From Camelus dromedarius (taxonomy: Eukaryota), in contig NC_087472.1 of the NCBI RefSeq assembly GCF_036321535.1, positions 96,598,001-96,662,000 of the forward strand: a DNA stretch of 64,000 nt, in the 5' to 3' direction. The notes beneath the pieces are model-generated. The model saw nothing but the letters and a program-made list of their open reading frames with translations. It did no database searches and was not told the DNA's origin. Below are positions 1 to 14,700 of this stretch, one piece after another. Positions within the stretch are counted from its first letter, which is position 1. Every line of letters starts with the position of its first letter. The position numbers and the translations under genes are program-made.

Positions 1-564
1 TGCTCTGTGAGGTAAACATACCTTTAAACAAATGAAAAGATAGTTCTCAGCAGAGTGAAAAGAAACTATAAAAACTAACGAAATGGATTTTAGAGGATAA
101 AAATACAATATATGAAATAAAAAACTTAGTAGATGAGCTCAATAGTAGTAAATGTGTAATATATATAAAACATGTAATATACACATAAAATTCTCATTAT
201 ATGCCAATATATACTTATATATACATTATATGCTTCTACATATCTACTTCTATTGAACTGATCAAGTGAATTATATGTATATAAAATGAGACTTATGCAG
301 ACGCAGGTACAACTCCTAACTTTAAAATTTTGGAATTCATGTCATTTTGTCTATAAAAAGGGGATTGGTCTAGCCTTTGAGACCATGAAAAAGTGGAGAT
401 CTATAGTCCAGATCTCAAAACCCAGCCAGTGGCCAAACAGCAATCTCAGTCAAAAAAAAGAGACAAAGTGCTTTGGGCTGAACAGAGATAACACTGCCCT
501 CTAGGGAGCATTTTGGAAGTTTGTGGGTACCTTTTTTTTTTTGACACATTGGAGTGAAACTTCA

Positions 565-993
565 AAACAGCAACGATAAAGAGAATATATATATATGTAT
601 GTATATATATATGAAAGAGTGATTGATTCATTGACTGATAGATCGATTTTAAGGAATTGACTAATACAATTGTGGGGTATGGCAGATCCAAAATTTTCAG
701 GGCAGGAGAGTAGGCTGGAAACCCAGGTGAAAACTGATGTTGCAGCCTTGAGTCCAAAAGCAGCCTGGAAGCAGAACTCTTTCTTCCTCAAGGGCAGTCA
801 ATCTTGTCTCTTAAGTCCTTCAACTGATTAGATAAAGCCCACCCATATTATAGAGGATAAACTGCTTTACTCAAAGTCTACTGATTTAAATCTTAATCAC
901 ATATTTAAAAAATACTTTCACAGCAATATCTAGACCTGTTTTTGACCAAACACCATAACCTAGCCAAGTTGACACATAAAATTAACCATTACA
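565..993 (-). mobile_element. MLT2-type (ERVL) LTR
   Basis: Ends TAGCCAAGTTGACACATAAAATTAACCATTACA, the reverse complement of the MLT2 5' terminus; typical internal motifs. Confidence 0.8.
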
Positions 994-2968
994 GGTAACA
1001 GAGGAAAGAGTTAGTGAGTAATTAATAGAAATTATCTAACCCAAAAAACAGAAAGAAAGAAAATAGAAGAAATTTAACAGAAACTCTGGCCTGTGAAAAA
1101 AATACCAAAAGCTCTACCACTTGTGCCACTGGAGTCCCAGGAGAGCAGAAAGAGATTAGTGCAGAAAAAAATATTTGAAGAAATAATGGCTGAAAATTCC
1201 CCAAATTTGGAGAAAGACACAAATATATAGGTTAAAGATCAATAAACCCATAACAAGATAAACTCACTAACAAAAAATTTTGTTCATTCTTCTCTATTAC
1301 ATATGGAGGATTTATTTTAAAAACATCAGATATAAGTGACAAATGAAGTCTCAACAAATTTAAAACAATCAATATTAAATGGGCCTAATGTGATGGAAAA
1401 GAACTACAAAATGAAACTCTTAAAAACATTTAGCCAATTATGCCTCAATAAAGCTGAAAAAAATGTTTAGAACACTTAAAATGCCACTAAATAACTCATG
1501 GTTTTAAAAGTAAATCATGATTTGGCAAAGGATTCTTAGATATGACACCAAAACCATTAGCAACAAAAGAGAACATAGATAAATTAGACTTCATCAAAAC
1601 GAAAAACTTTGTGCTTCAAAAGACACTATTAAGAAAACGCACAGAAAACACACAGAATGGGAGAACATATTTGCAAATCATAAGTCTGATAAGAGATTTA
1701 TATCTGGAATATATAAGGAACTATTACAACACAATAAAAAGACAACCCAATTTTTTTAAATAAGCAAAGGATTTGAATAGACATTTCTCCAAGGAAGATA
1801 TACAAATGGCCAATAATAATAATAGTAAGATATTTGCAAATCATATATCAAATAAGGAATTAATATTCAGGATATAAAAATAACTCATACAACTCAAAAG
1901 CAACCTGTTTAAAAAATGGGCACAGGGGCTGAATAGACATTTTACCAAAGAACACATACAGATGACCAACAGGCATATGAAAAGATGTTCAACATCGCTA
2001 ATTGTCAGAGAAATGCAAATCAAAACCACAAGATATTGCCTCACCTGTCTGAATGGCTATTATCTAAAAGGCAAGAAATAACAAGTGTTGGTGAGGATGT
2101 AGAGAAAAGGGAGCCCTCATACACTGTTGGTAAGAATATAAATTGGTGCATCCACTATGGAAAGTAGCATGGAAATTCCTCAAAAAATTAAGAATAGAAC
2201 TATCACATGATCCAGCTATCCCACTTCTGGGTATTTATCCAAAGAATACAAAAACACTAATTTGAAAAGATATATGCACCCCTATGTTCATCACAGCATT
2301 ATTTACAATAGCAAAGCTATAGAAACAACCTAAGCACCCATCAATGGGCAAATGGATAAATAAGATGCGATACACACACACACACACAATGGAATATTAT
2401 TCAGCCGTAAAAAAGATGAAATCTTGCCATTTGTAACAACATGGGCAGACCATGAGGGTATTATGCTAAATGAAATAAGTCAGACAGAGAAAGACAAATA
2501 CCATATGATTTCATTCATATGTGGAATATAAAAAAACAAATAAATGAATAAACCAAACCAAACAAAAACAAACATGTAGATACAGAGAACAGAGTAGTGG
2601 TTACCAGAGGGGAAGGGGAAGTTGGAGGGAAGGGCAAAATGGGTAAAGGTGGTCAATTGTACAGTGATGAATGGGAACTAAATTTTTGGTGGTGAGCACA
2701 TTATAGAGTGCACAGAAGTTGAAAGTAACGTACACTTAAAACTCATATAATGTTATAAACCAATGTTACCTCAATAAAAAATAAAATGAAAAAAATGTTC
2801 AATACCATTAGCCACCAGGGAATGCAAATCAAAATGGTAATGGGATACCACTTCACACCCACTAGGATGGCTAGAATCAGGAAGTCATAAAAAGCAACAG
2901 GAATTCTCATTCATTGCAGGTGAGAATGCAAAACATACAGCTACTTTGGAAGATAGTTTGGCAGTTTC

Positions 2969-5042
2969 TTTTTTTTTAATTCTTATTTTTTAATTTAAGG
3001 TAGTTGATTTACAATGTTAGTTTCAGGTGTACAGCAAAATTATTCAGTTATACATATACATACATGTATATTTTTTTCAGATCCTTTTCCATTACAGCTC
3101 ATTACAAGAAATTGACTATAGTTCCCTGTGCTATACAGTAGGTCCTTGTTGTTTATCTATTTTATATATAGTAATGTGTATCTGTTAATCTTAAACTCCT
3201 AATCTATACCTCCCCCCTTCCCCCCTTGGTAACCACAAATTGTTTTCTATGTCTATGAAGTCTGTTTCTTTCTGGTTTATAAATAAAATTAGTATCTTTT
3301 TTTTTAAGATTCCAAATATAAGTGACATCACATGATGTTTGCTTTTCTCTATCCAACTTACTTCACTTAATATGATAATCTCTATGTCCATCCATGTAGC
3401 TGCAAATGGCATTATTTCATTCTTTTTTATGGCTGAGTAATATTCATATATATATATGAATTCATATATATATATATAATATTCATATATATATATATAC
3501 TATATATATATATACCACATCTTCTTTATCCAGTCATCTTTCAATGAACATTTAGGTTGCTTCCATGTCTTGGCTATTGTAAATAGTGCTGCTATGAACA
3601 TTGGGGTGCATGTGTCTTTTCGAATTAGAGTTTTCTCTGTATATATGCCCAGGAGTGGGATTGCTGGATCATATGGTAAGTGTATTTTTAGTTTTTCAAG
3701 GAACCTCCATACTGTCCTCCACAGTGGCTGCACCAATTTACATTCCCACCAACAGTGTAGGAGGGTTCCCTTTTTGCTACACCCTCTCCAGCATTTATCA
3801 TTTGTGGACTTTTTAACGATGGCCATTATGACTGGTGTAAGGTGATACTTCACTGCAGTTTTTATTTGCATTGCTCTGATAATTAGAGCTATTGAGCATC
3901 TTCTCATGTGCCTGTTGGTCATCTGTATGTCTTCTTTGGAGAAATGTCTATTTAGGTCTTCTGCCCATTTTTTGATTGGGTTGCTTGTTGTTGTTTTGAT
4001 ATTAAGCTGTATGAGCTGTTTGTATATTTTGGAAATTAGTCCCTTGTTAGTCCCATCATTTGCAAATATTTTCTCCCATTGTGTAGGCTGTCTTTCCGTT
4101 TTGTTTATGGTTTCCTTAACTATGCAAAAGCTTTCAAGTTTAATTAGGTCCCATCTGTTTATTTTTGCTTTTATTTCTATTGCTCAAGGAGCCGGTTTGA
4201 AAAAAATATTGCTGTGATTTATGTCAAAGAGTGTTCTGCCTATGTTTTCTTCTAGTTTTATGGTTTTCAGTCTTACACTTAGATCTTTAATTCATTTTGA
4301 GTTTATTTTTGTATATGGTGTTAGAGAATGTTCAAATTTCATTCTTTTACATGTAGCTGTCCAGTTTTCCCAGCACCATTTACTGAAGAGACTGTCTTTT
4401 CTCCATTGTATATTCTTGCCTCCTTTGTCATAGATTAATTGACCATAAGTGCATGGGTTTATTTCTGGACTTTCTGTCCTGTTCCATTGATCTATGTGTC
4501 TGGTTTTGTGCCAGTACCATAAGTTTTGATTACTGTAGCTTTGTAGTATAGTCTGAAGCCAGGGAGTGTGATTCCCCCAGCCCCATTCTTCGTCAAGATT
4601 GTTTTGGTTATTCAGGGTCTTTTGTGTTTCCATACAAATTTTAACATTTTTCTGTTCCAGTTCTGTGAAAAATGTCATTGGTAATTTGATAGGGATTGCA
4701 TTGAATCTGTATATTGCCTTGGGTAGAATGGCCATTTTAACAATATCGATTCTTCCAATCCAAGAACATGGTATATCTTTCCATCTGTTTGTATCATCTT
4801 CAATTTCTTTCATCAGTGTCTTACAATTTTTGGAGTACAGGTCCTTTGCCTCCTTAGGTAGGTTTATTCCTAGGTATTTTATTCTTTTTGATACAATGGT
4901 AAATGGGATTATTTCCTTGATTTCCTTTTCTGGTATTTCCTTGTTATTGTATAGAAATGCAGTTGATTTCTGTATATTAACTTTTGTTTTCTGCAACTTT
5001 ACAAAATTCATTGATGAGCTATAGCAGTTTTCTGGTAGCATG
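2969..5042 (-). mobile_element. 5'-truncated younger LINE-1 (ORF2 3' part + 3' UTR) inserted in an older L1
   Basis: ORF2 peptides in ORFs 4292..5041 and 3500..3922; poly-T at 2969; 13-bp TSD GTTTGGCAGTTTC at 2956-2968 and 5043-5055. Confidence 0.9.
3439..3512. repeat. Compound (TA)n microsatellite within the L1 3' UTR
   Basis: Repeated ATTC(AT)n units followed by (TA)n. Confidence 0.85.
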
Positions 5043-6681
5043 GTTTGGCAGTTTCATACAAAACCAAACATATTCTTAACATATGATCCAGCAATTGCTC
5101 TCCTTGGTATTTGCCCAAATTACCTGAAAAGTTATGTCCACATAAAACATCTGCACATGAATGTTTATAGCAACTTGATTCATAATTGCCAAAATGTGGA
5201 AGCAATTAAGATGTCATTTAACAGATGAATGGATAAAAAAATAGTGGCACATTCATACAGTGGAGTATTACTCAGTGATAAAAAGAAATAAGCTATCAAA
5301 CCAGGAGGACATGGAAGAACTTTAAATGCACATTGCTCAGTGAAAAGGCTACATACAGTAGAATTCCAAATATATGACATTCTGGAAAAGGCAAAACTAT
5401 GGAGAGTGTAAGAAGATCAGTGGTTGCCAGGGAATGAAGGAGAGGGAGGAAAGGAGGTACGAGTAGTGGAGCAAGGGGATTTTTAGGGCAGTAAAACTAT
5501 TCGGTATGATAGTGTAATGGCGGATATATGTAATTTTACAACCGTCCAAACCCAGAGAATGTGTAACACAAAGAGTGAATCCTAATGTAAATCATGGACT
5601 TAAGTTTTTTAAAAACCCTGCTGAAGAGTAAACAATGTAAAATAAAAAGAATATAGCCAAAGGAGATAAAAAAGGTCATAATAATAAGTTTGGTAAGATG
5701 TGGAGAAATAGGAACCCTCACACGTTGCTGGTGAGAATGCAAAATTGTGCAGTCACTTTCGAACACAGTCTGGCAGTTCTTCAAATGATTAAATATAGTT
5801 ACCATATGACCCAGTAATTCCACACCTAGGTATATACTGAACAGAAACAAACATATATATCCACACACAAAAAAACTTGCATACAAATTTTTGTAACAAT
5901 GTTATTCATGATAGCCAAAAGGTAGGAAAGCAAATGTCCCTCAACAGATGAATGAATAAACAAAATGTGGTATATACATGCAACAGAATATTATTCATCA
6001 ATAAAGAGGAACAAAGTACTGACAGATGCTACAACGTGGATGAAGCTTGAAAACATGCTAAGTGAAAGAAGTCAGTCACAAAAGTCAATGCATTATGATT
6101 CTTGTCATACGAAAGCCTAGAATATGGAAATCTATAGAACAGAAAGAGGATGAGCGGTTGCTTAGGGCCATGGTTGGGGGTGCTTTTAGGGGAAGCGGGA
6201 TGAAAGCTAGAAGGTACAGGGTGTCTTTTTTTTTTTAATGGATCAGTTATTTAACTAGATAGATTACCTTTTTGAGGTGATGAAGAGTTTCTAAAATTTA
6301 CTGTAGTGATGATTGCATGTATCTATGAATATACTAAAAAACACTGAACTGTACACTCTGAATGCGTGAATTGTATGGTATATGAATTATAACTCAATTA
6401 AGCAGCTTTGTAAACAAGAAATGATGTATTGATACATGCTACAACATGGATGAATCTCAAAAATATTATGCTAAGTGAAAGAAGCCAGACACAAAAGATC
6501 ACATATAATCCCATTCATATGAAAGTCGAGAACAGAAAAATCTATAGTGACAGAAAGTAGATTAGCAGTTATTAGAGCTGGAGAGTTGAAGAATGAGGGG
6601 CTGGGGTGGGTGGGTGATAGCTAAAGAGTAGGAGGTTTCTTTTTGAGGTGATTCAAATGTTCTAAAATTTACTGTGGTGAT

Positions 6682-7016
6682 GGAATCTAAAAAAAAAAAA
6701 AGAAGAACATCAATACAAAACAGAAACAGACTCACAGACATAGAATACAAACTTGTTGCCAAGGGGGCAGGGGGTGGGTAGGGACAGACTGGGATTTCAA
6801 AATTTGTAGATACTGACAGGCATATGCAGAATAGATAAACAAGATTATACTGTATAGCACAGGGAAATATATACAAGATCTTGTGGTAGCTCACAGCGAA
6901 AAAAAATGTGACAATGAATATATGTATGTTCATGTATAACTGAAAAATTGTGCTCTACACTGGAATTTGACACAACATTGTAAAATGACTATAACTCAAT
7001 AAAAAATGTTAAAAAA
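6682..7016 (+). mobile_element. Lineage-specific L1 3' UTR fragment with poly(A)
   Basis: L1 3' end ...GACACAACATTGTAAAATGACTATAACTCAATAAAAAA. Confidence 0.75.
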
Positions 7017-7487
7017 TATATAATATACTTGAGCCCACAGAGATCATTTCAAGGAACCTCACCATGCTAGAGTGATATTTCATAATTGTGCAAACTGATA
7101 AAGACAAAGAATCAAGCATTTATCCTGGCATTTCCATCTGCAGTCAGGACTCTAAGGTTATCACATGGTTAACAGAAGAAATTCCTTCTTCAAAGAAGAA
7201 TTCTAGCCCTCAAAATGCAGAAAGAATGAGAGTCTTAGAAAAATAACATTTTACCACCCCTAATGAAGTTACAGATTTACATTACAATTATCAGTGGAGG
7301 TTAAAACCTCTAAATGACAGGTGAAAGGGGAATTTTGTAACACAGAGATCACACTGAGAACACCCAAACTCCAGAGCCAATTTAGTCCATTAAAACTGGG
7401 ACAAGCAGAGGGCAACTTAACAAAACACACAGCTAACACACTTGAAAAATTAAATTAAGATTAAGATTAAATGCTTTCCCCCTACAA

Positions 7488-7692
7488 GGCAAGGAACATC
7501 AAAGATTGACAGCCAACTATGAGAAGCTAGGCAAGAGGCCTGAAACAGATTCTCCCTCTCAGCCTCTGGAGGAACCATTCTTGCTGACACCTTAATCTCA
7601 GATTTCTAGCCTCCAGAACTGTGAGACAGTAAATTTCTCTTGTTTAAGTCAGCCATTTTGTGGTAATTATGTCAGCCCTAGGAAACTAATAC
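7488..7692 (+). mobile_element. MLT1-type (MaLR) LTR fragment
   Basis: CAGCCTC...TAGCCTCCAGAACTGTGAGACAGTAAATTTC...GGAAACTAATACA 3' terminus. Confidence 0.8.
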
Positions 7693-10600
7693 AAGTCTGA
7701 TATAGGCTACAACAGGGATGAATCTTGAAAACATTATACTAAATGAAAGAAGTCAAGTGTAAAAGGCCATAAATTATATGATTCCATATACATTAAATGC
7801 CTCAGATAAGCGAATCCATAGACAGAGAGAGATTAGTGGTTGCCAGGGGCTGGGGTTGGAAATGACTATATAATGGGTACCGGGCTTCAGGTTTGGGAGT
7901 GAGATAGTGGTGATGGTTGCACAATTTTGTGAATATACTAAGAACTGCTGAATCATGCACTTTAAATGGGTGAGTTTAACAATATGTGAATTATATCTCA
8001 ATAAAAAATAAAATAAAACAAATACTCTGAACCTCAAGGAACAGAACAGGTCCAGTAGCCACTCTTGGGGAAGAGGCTTGATTAAAACAAACAAACAAAA
8101 AGTTGTAAAAGCAAAAATAGGAAAGTCTGAAAATAAATGAGTTACATATTCAGTTCAGGACCCTAGGGTCAAAAAAAGTAAACCCCAAAGAAGTAGAAAG
8201 ATGCATATAAACATATAAAAGCAGAAATTAAAGACAGAAAACAAAATGGTAATCAATAAAACCAAAATCTTGTTCTCTGACAAAACTACTAAAATAGAAA
8301 AAACTCCAGGAAGTCTGCTCATCAGAAAGAGAGGAGAGAGAGAATAAATAAACAGTATTAGAAATAGAAAAATAACAAACAGTAACAGTAGAAATTTTTA
8401 ATAACATATGAGAATACTATGAACAACTTTATTCCAGTACATTTGAAAACTAAGAAGACAGGGAGAGATTTTAAGAAAAATATAAATTACCAAAATTGGA
8501 ACTGACAATCAAATGTCTTCCATGATACCAAGCCCACACAGTTTTACTAACAAGTTTTACCAAACCTTCAAAGGAAAAATAATCTCTCTATATTAAATAA
8601 TGTATTTCACAAAATAGAAGTGGAAAAGTTACTCAGTCCATTTTATGAGCTAATATAAACTTGATATCAAATCCACAAAAAAGTAAAATAACATTTTAGA
8701 TCAATCTCACTTATTAATATGCATGAGAATCTTCCAAATAAAATAACAAACCAAATTTAAGCAATGCATTAAAAAAAAAAGCAATGTGCTATGACCAAGG
8801 ATAACTTTTTGAGGAAGGCATTAAGAGTTCAACATCGGAAAATCTAGTAATATGATATTTTATATTCTAAGGGAAAAATATAATCATCTCATGAGATAAA
8901 GAAGAGATGATGAACATTTATTTATTATTTAAAATAAAACAAAATAAAAACAATTAAGAAAATTAGAATTAAAAGGAAACTTCCTTAACCTGGAAAAAGA
9001 AAACTATTTTTTTCCTTTTAAAAGACTATGGTAGAGTAAGACTTCCAGGGAAGGTGGAAGTCAAATCCTTTCCCAGAAAAGCAACTATAAAGTTGGATAA
9101 AATTGACAAAAACAACCATTTCAGTGTTCTAGAAATTGACCAAAGAGGAAAGAAGGAGGAAGAGAGAGAGAGGGAGGACACACCAGCAATATCAGGAATG
9201 AAACAGGGGTTATCACTAAAGACCCTGTAGATGCAGAAAGAATAATAAGGGAATACTACAAATAACTCTGCACACGGAAACTTGACAACTAAGATGAAAT
9301 GCACCAATTCCTCAAAAACACAAACTACCACAGTGTACCCAATATGAAACACATAATTTGAATAATCCTATAACTCTTAAAGAAACTGAATTTTTAATGT
9401 TAAAAATCTCCAAAAAAGGAATCTCCGGGCCCAGATGGCTACCACTGGAGAATTATATCAAACTTTTAAAGAAGAATTAACATTAACTACATACAATCTC
9501 TTCCAGAAAATAGAACAGGAAATACTTCCTAATTCATGTTATGAACCTAGTATTTCCCTGACTAAAAGCAGAGAGACAATACAAAAAATGAAAACTACTG
9601 CCAATATTCCTCAGGAATATAGATGTAAAGTCCTTAACAATATTTAGCAATAGAATTCAGCAATATATTTTAAAATATAGGTTGTAATATCAGTATATAT
9701 ATTTTAAAAACCTTCTAGAATTCAACAACAAAAAGATTCACTTAAAAAATGAGCAGAGGACTTGAATAGACATTTCTCCAAAGAAGATATACACATGGGT
9801 AACAAGCACATGACAAAATGTTCCACATCATTAACGATCAGAAAATACCAATCAAAACCACAATGAGATACCACTTCACACCTACTAGGGTGGCCAAAAC
9901 AACAAAATATAAAATAACAAGTATTGATGAGGATGTGAAGAAACTTGAACTCTCCCACATACATTCCTGGTGGGAATGCAGTTCCACAGAAAGTTAAAAC
10001 ATTGAATTACCATATGACCCAGTAATTCCACTTCTAGGTATATACCCCAAAGAACTGAAAACAGGTGTTCAAACAAAAACTTGTTTGTGAAAGTTCACAG
10101 CACCACTATTCACAATAGCCAAAAGATGGAAACAACCCAAATGTCTATCAACAGAAGAATGGATAAACAAAACATGGCATATTATTCAGTCGTAGAAGGG
10201 AATGAAGTACTGACACATGCTATGACATGGATGAACCTTGAAAACATTTTGCTAAGTGAAAGAAACCAGACACAAAAGGCCACATATTGTATAATTTCAT
10301 TTATATGAAATATGCAGAGTTGGCAAATCCATAGAAACAAAAAAACAGATTGGTGGTTGCCAGGGGCTGGGGGGGAATGGGAATGGGAAGTGATTGCTTA
10401 ATGAGTATGAGGCTTCCTTTTGAGGTGATGAAAATGTTCTGGAATTAGACAGAGGTGATGATTGCATAACATTGTGAATGTACTTAGGGACAATTGTACA
10501 CGTTTAAATGGCTAAAATGGTAAATGTTATGCTATGTGTATTTTACTAAAATAATTTTTTAAAAAAAGAATCATACACCATGGTCTGACCAAATGAGGTT

Positions 10601-11567
10601 TATTCCCCGGATGCAAATCTAGTTTAACAGTCAAAAATCACAACAACAAGCTAAAGATGGAAAATCAGATAATCACATAATTGATGCAGAAAAACATCAG
10701 ACAAAATTCAACACTGATTTGTGATTTAAAAGCCTCAGAAAACTGGGGACAGAAGGTAACTTCTTCAACTTGATAAAGAAAATCTACATAAAAAAAGAAA
10801 ACTGACAACTAACATTATATTTATTGGTGAAAGATTGCTTGCTTTCCCCCTAAGAACACGAACAAGGGAAGGACGTCTGCTCTCATCACCTTATTCAACA
10901 TAGTACTAGAAGTCCTGGTGAGTGCAACAGTGCAAAAAAAAAAAAAAAAGAAAAGGCAACTTGATTGGAAAGGAATAAATAAAACCGTCCCTATCTGCAG
11001 ATGACATGAATGTCTATGTGAAAAAAAAATTCATAAAAGAACTCCTAGAACTAATAAATGAGTCCAGCAAGGTCACAGAAGACAAACATATAAAATCATC
11101 TGTATTTCTAAATATTAGCAATGAACACACGGACACCAAAATTTAAAAGATAAATACCATTTAGAATCAGTCAGAAAAATGAAATGCTTAGGTGTAAATC
11201 TAGCAAAACATGTATAGGACTTGTATATTGAAAACTACACAACACTGATGAAAGAAATAAAAGACCTATATAAATGGAGAGACATTCTGTGTTCATGCAT
11301 TGGAAGACTTAACAAAGAAAAGATGTCAATTCTCTTAAATGTAAAATATAAAACTATAAAACTTTAAGGAAAAAAACATAGGAGAAAATCTTTAGAACCT
11401 AGGGTGAGCAAAGTGTTCTTAGACTTAACACCAAAAACACTATACAAGGAAAAATGGATAAGCTGAACTTCATCAAAATATAAAATTTTTCTCTGTGAAA
11501 AACCTTAATTAGAGGATGAAAAGTCAAGCTACAGACTAGGAGAAAATATTTGCAAATCACATATCTG

Positions 11568-11701
11568 TTTTTTTTAATGAGGGGGAGGTAATTAGGTTTA
11601 TTCATTTATTTCTATTTGGAGGAGGTACTGGGGATTGAACCCAGGACCCCGTGCATGCTAAGCATGTGCTCTACCACTTGAGCTATACCCTCCTCCCAAT
11701 G
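11568..11701 (-). mobile_element. tRNA-Ala-derived SINE (camelid Vic-1-like) inserted in an L1
   Basis: GGGTATAGCTCAAGTGGTAGAGC...CTTAGCAT...GGGTTCAATCCCCAGTACC head, A-rich tail, 13-bp TSD AATCACATATCTG (11555-11567 / 11702-11714). Confidence 0.85.
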
Positions 11702-14700
11702 AATCACATATCTGACAAAGGATTAGTATCTCAAATTCAACTGTAGAAAAGTAAATAATCCAATTACAAAATGAGGAAAAAACATGAACAGACATTTCCC
11801 CAAAGAGAATATCCAGATGGCAAATAAGCCCATGAACAGATGTAAAATATCATCAGCCATTAGAGAGGCAAATTAAAACAAAAATGAGATACCACTACAC
11901 ACCTATCAGAATGGCTAGAATAAAAAGCAGTAACAGCATCAAATGCTGGCGAGGATATGGTAAAACTAGATATCTTCCTGGTGGAAATGCAGGATAGTAA
12001 ACCATTCTGGAAAAGAGTTTGGCAGTTTCTTGAAACACTAAACATGCAACTGCCACATGATTCAGCAACTGCACTCCTAGGCATTTATTCTGGAGAACTA
12101 AAAACTTAAGTACAAAGACCTGTACATGAATGTTTATAGCTGTTTTAATTGGAATAGGCAATAACTGAAAAACAACCAATGTCCTTTTTTTGGGTGAATG
12201 GTTAAACTATGGTACATCCATACCAAGAAATACTATTCAGTAATAAAAAGGAATGAACTATTGATACACATAACAACTTAAATGAACCTCCAGAGAACTA
12301 TGCTAAGTTAAAAAAAAAAGTAGCCAATCCCTAAAGGTATGATTCCATTTACATAACATACTTGAAATGACAAAATTCGGAAAACAGAGAACATATTAGT
12401 GGTCACAAGGGCTTAATGATGGGGGTAGGGGAAGGTAGAGCAGGAGAAAAGCAGGTGTGGCTGCATGAGGGCAACATGAGAGATCCCTGGAGATGGAAAA
12501 GTCCTGTATCTTCATTATATTAACGTCAGTATCTTGGTTGTGACATGGTACTACTTTTGTAAGATGTTACCATTGAGGAACACTGCATAAAGGGTACATG
12601 GTTATCACTCTGTATGATTTCTTAGAACAGCATGTGAATTCACAATTATCTCATAGTAAAAATTTAATCTTAAAAATAGGATGGGATACAGAGAAAATGA
12701 TGCTTAGAGGGAAATTTGGAGCTTTAACTGCCAGTATGAGAAAAGATTTCAAATCAATAGCCTATGCTTCTACCTTAAGAAACTAGAAAAAGAAGAGCAA
12801 ACTACATGCAAAGCAAGCATAAGAAATAATAAAGATTAAAACTGAAATCAATGAAACTGAAAACAGAAAAACCATACAGAAAATCAAAGAAACTAAATGT
12901 TGGTTCTTTGAAAGAGCAATAAAACTGGCAAACCTTTAGCTAGATTGACCATGAAAAAGAGGAGACACAAATTACCAAAATTAGGAATTAAAGAAGCAAC
13001 ATCATTACCCACTCTACACAAATTAAAAGGGTTAAAAGTGATTGTATGAACAATTTTATGCTCAGACAATACACAACTTAGATGAAATGGACAAACTCCT
13101 GAAAATACATAAATTATCAACATTAACCCAATAAGCAATAGAAAATCTGAATATACCTATAACAAGAAATTGAATTAGTAATTTTAAATCTTCCTCAAAA
13201 GAATAGCTCGGGTCCAGGTGACTTCATTGGTAAACTGGGGAATTCTATCAAATTCTTAAAGAAATATTACCAATCCTTCACAAAATACGTTATGAGCAAA
13301 AGGGATTTATCCTGGGAATACAAGGTTGAGGTAACATCCAAAAATTAATGTAATACATTGTGTTTAAAAAGAATGAATTACAAAAAACACATGTTCATCT
13401 CAATAGGTGCAAGATATATATCAGAAAAAAATCCATCACCTATCCATGATAAAAACAGTCAACAAACAAGGAATCAAAAGGAACTTCAACTTAGAAAACC
13501 CACAGCTAACATCATACTTAATGGTGATAGACTGAATGTTTTCTCTGTTAAGATCAGGAACAAAACAAAGACGTATGCTATTGCCACTTCTATTCAACAC
13601 TGATTTGGAGGTCCAGTGTAATAAGGAAGACGGAAAAAAAGTTAAAGGTAACCAAACTGGAAAGGAAGACATAAAACTGTTTTTATTTGCAGATGATACA
13701 ATCCTATTTGTAGAAAATCCCAAGAAATTCACACACACAAAAAAAACAATAAATGAGTTTATCAAGGCCACAGGATACAAGATAAATGTCAAAAAATTAA
13801 ATAACCTGGTTTAAAAAATGAGCAGAGGATCTGAATAGACATTTTTCCAAAGAAGACCTAGAGATGGCCCACAGGCACATGAAAAGATCCTCAACATCAC
13901 TAATCATCAGGGAAATGCAAATCAAAACCACAATGAAATATCACTTCACATCTGTCAAAATGGCTATCATCAGAAAGACAGCAAGTGGTAAGTACCGGCG
14001 AGGATGTGGAGAAAAAGGAAGCCTCAGGCACTGTTGGTGGGAATATAAACTGGTGCAGCCACTATGAAAAACAGTATGGAAATTCCTCAAAAAATTAAAA
14101 ATAGAACTACCATACAATCCAGCAACTTCTCTCCTGCGTATTTATGTGCAGAAAACAAAAACACTAATTAGAAAAGACACATGCACCCCTATGTTCAATG
14201 CAGCATTACTTACAATAGCCAAGATATGAAAGCAACCTAAAAGTGCCCACCAACACACAAATGGATAAAGAAGATGTGATATATATATATATGGAACACA
14301 ATGGAATACTACTCAGCCATAAAAAAGAATGAAATCTTGCCATTTGAGATAACATGGATAGACTTAGAGGTTATCATGCTAAATAAAATAAGTCAGACAG
14401 AGAATGACAAATGATGTGTGACATGTATGTGGAATCTAAAAAACAAAATAAGGGAACAAACATAATAAAACAGAAACAATTACAGATATAGACAGCAAAC
14501 AGGTTGCTGCCAGAGGCGACGGGAGTGGGGGGAAGAGAGAAATAGGTGAGGGAGATTAAAAGGTACAAACTTCAGTTGCAAAATAAATGACTACAGCTAT
14601 GAAATGTACAGTGAGGGGAATACAGTCAATAACTATGTAATATCGCAATATGGTGACATATCATAAGTAGGCTTGTCGTGGTGATCACTTTGAAATGTAT

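Noticed and set aside
4292..5041. 249-aa ORF and other L1-like ORFs as host genes or an active retrotransposon
   Set aside because: Frameshifted, 5'-truncated L1 ORF2 remnants; no intact ORF1/ORF2
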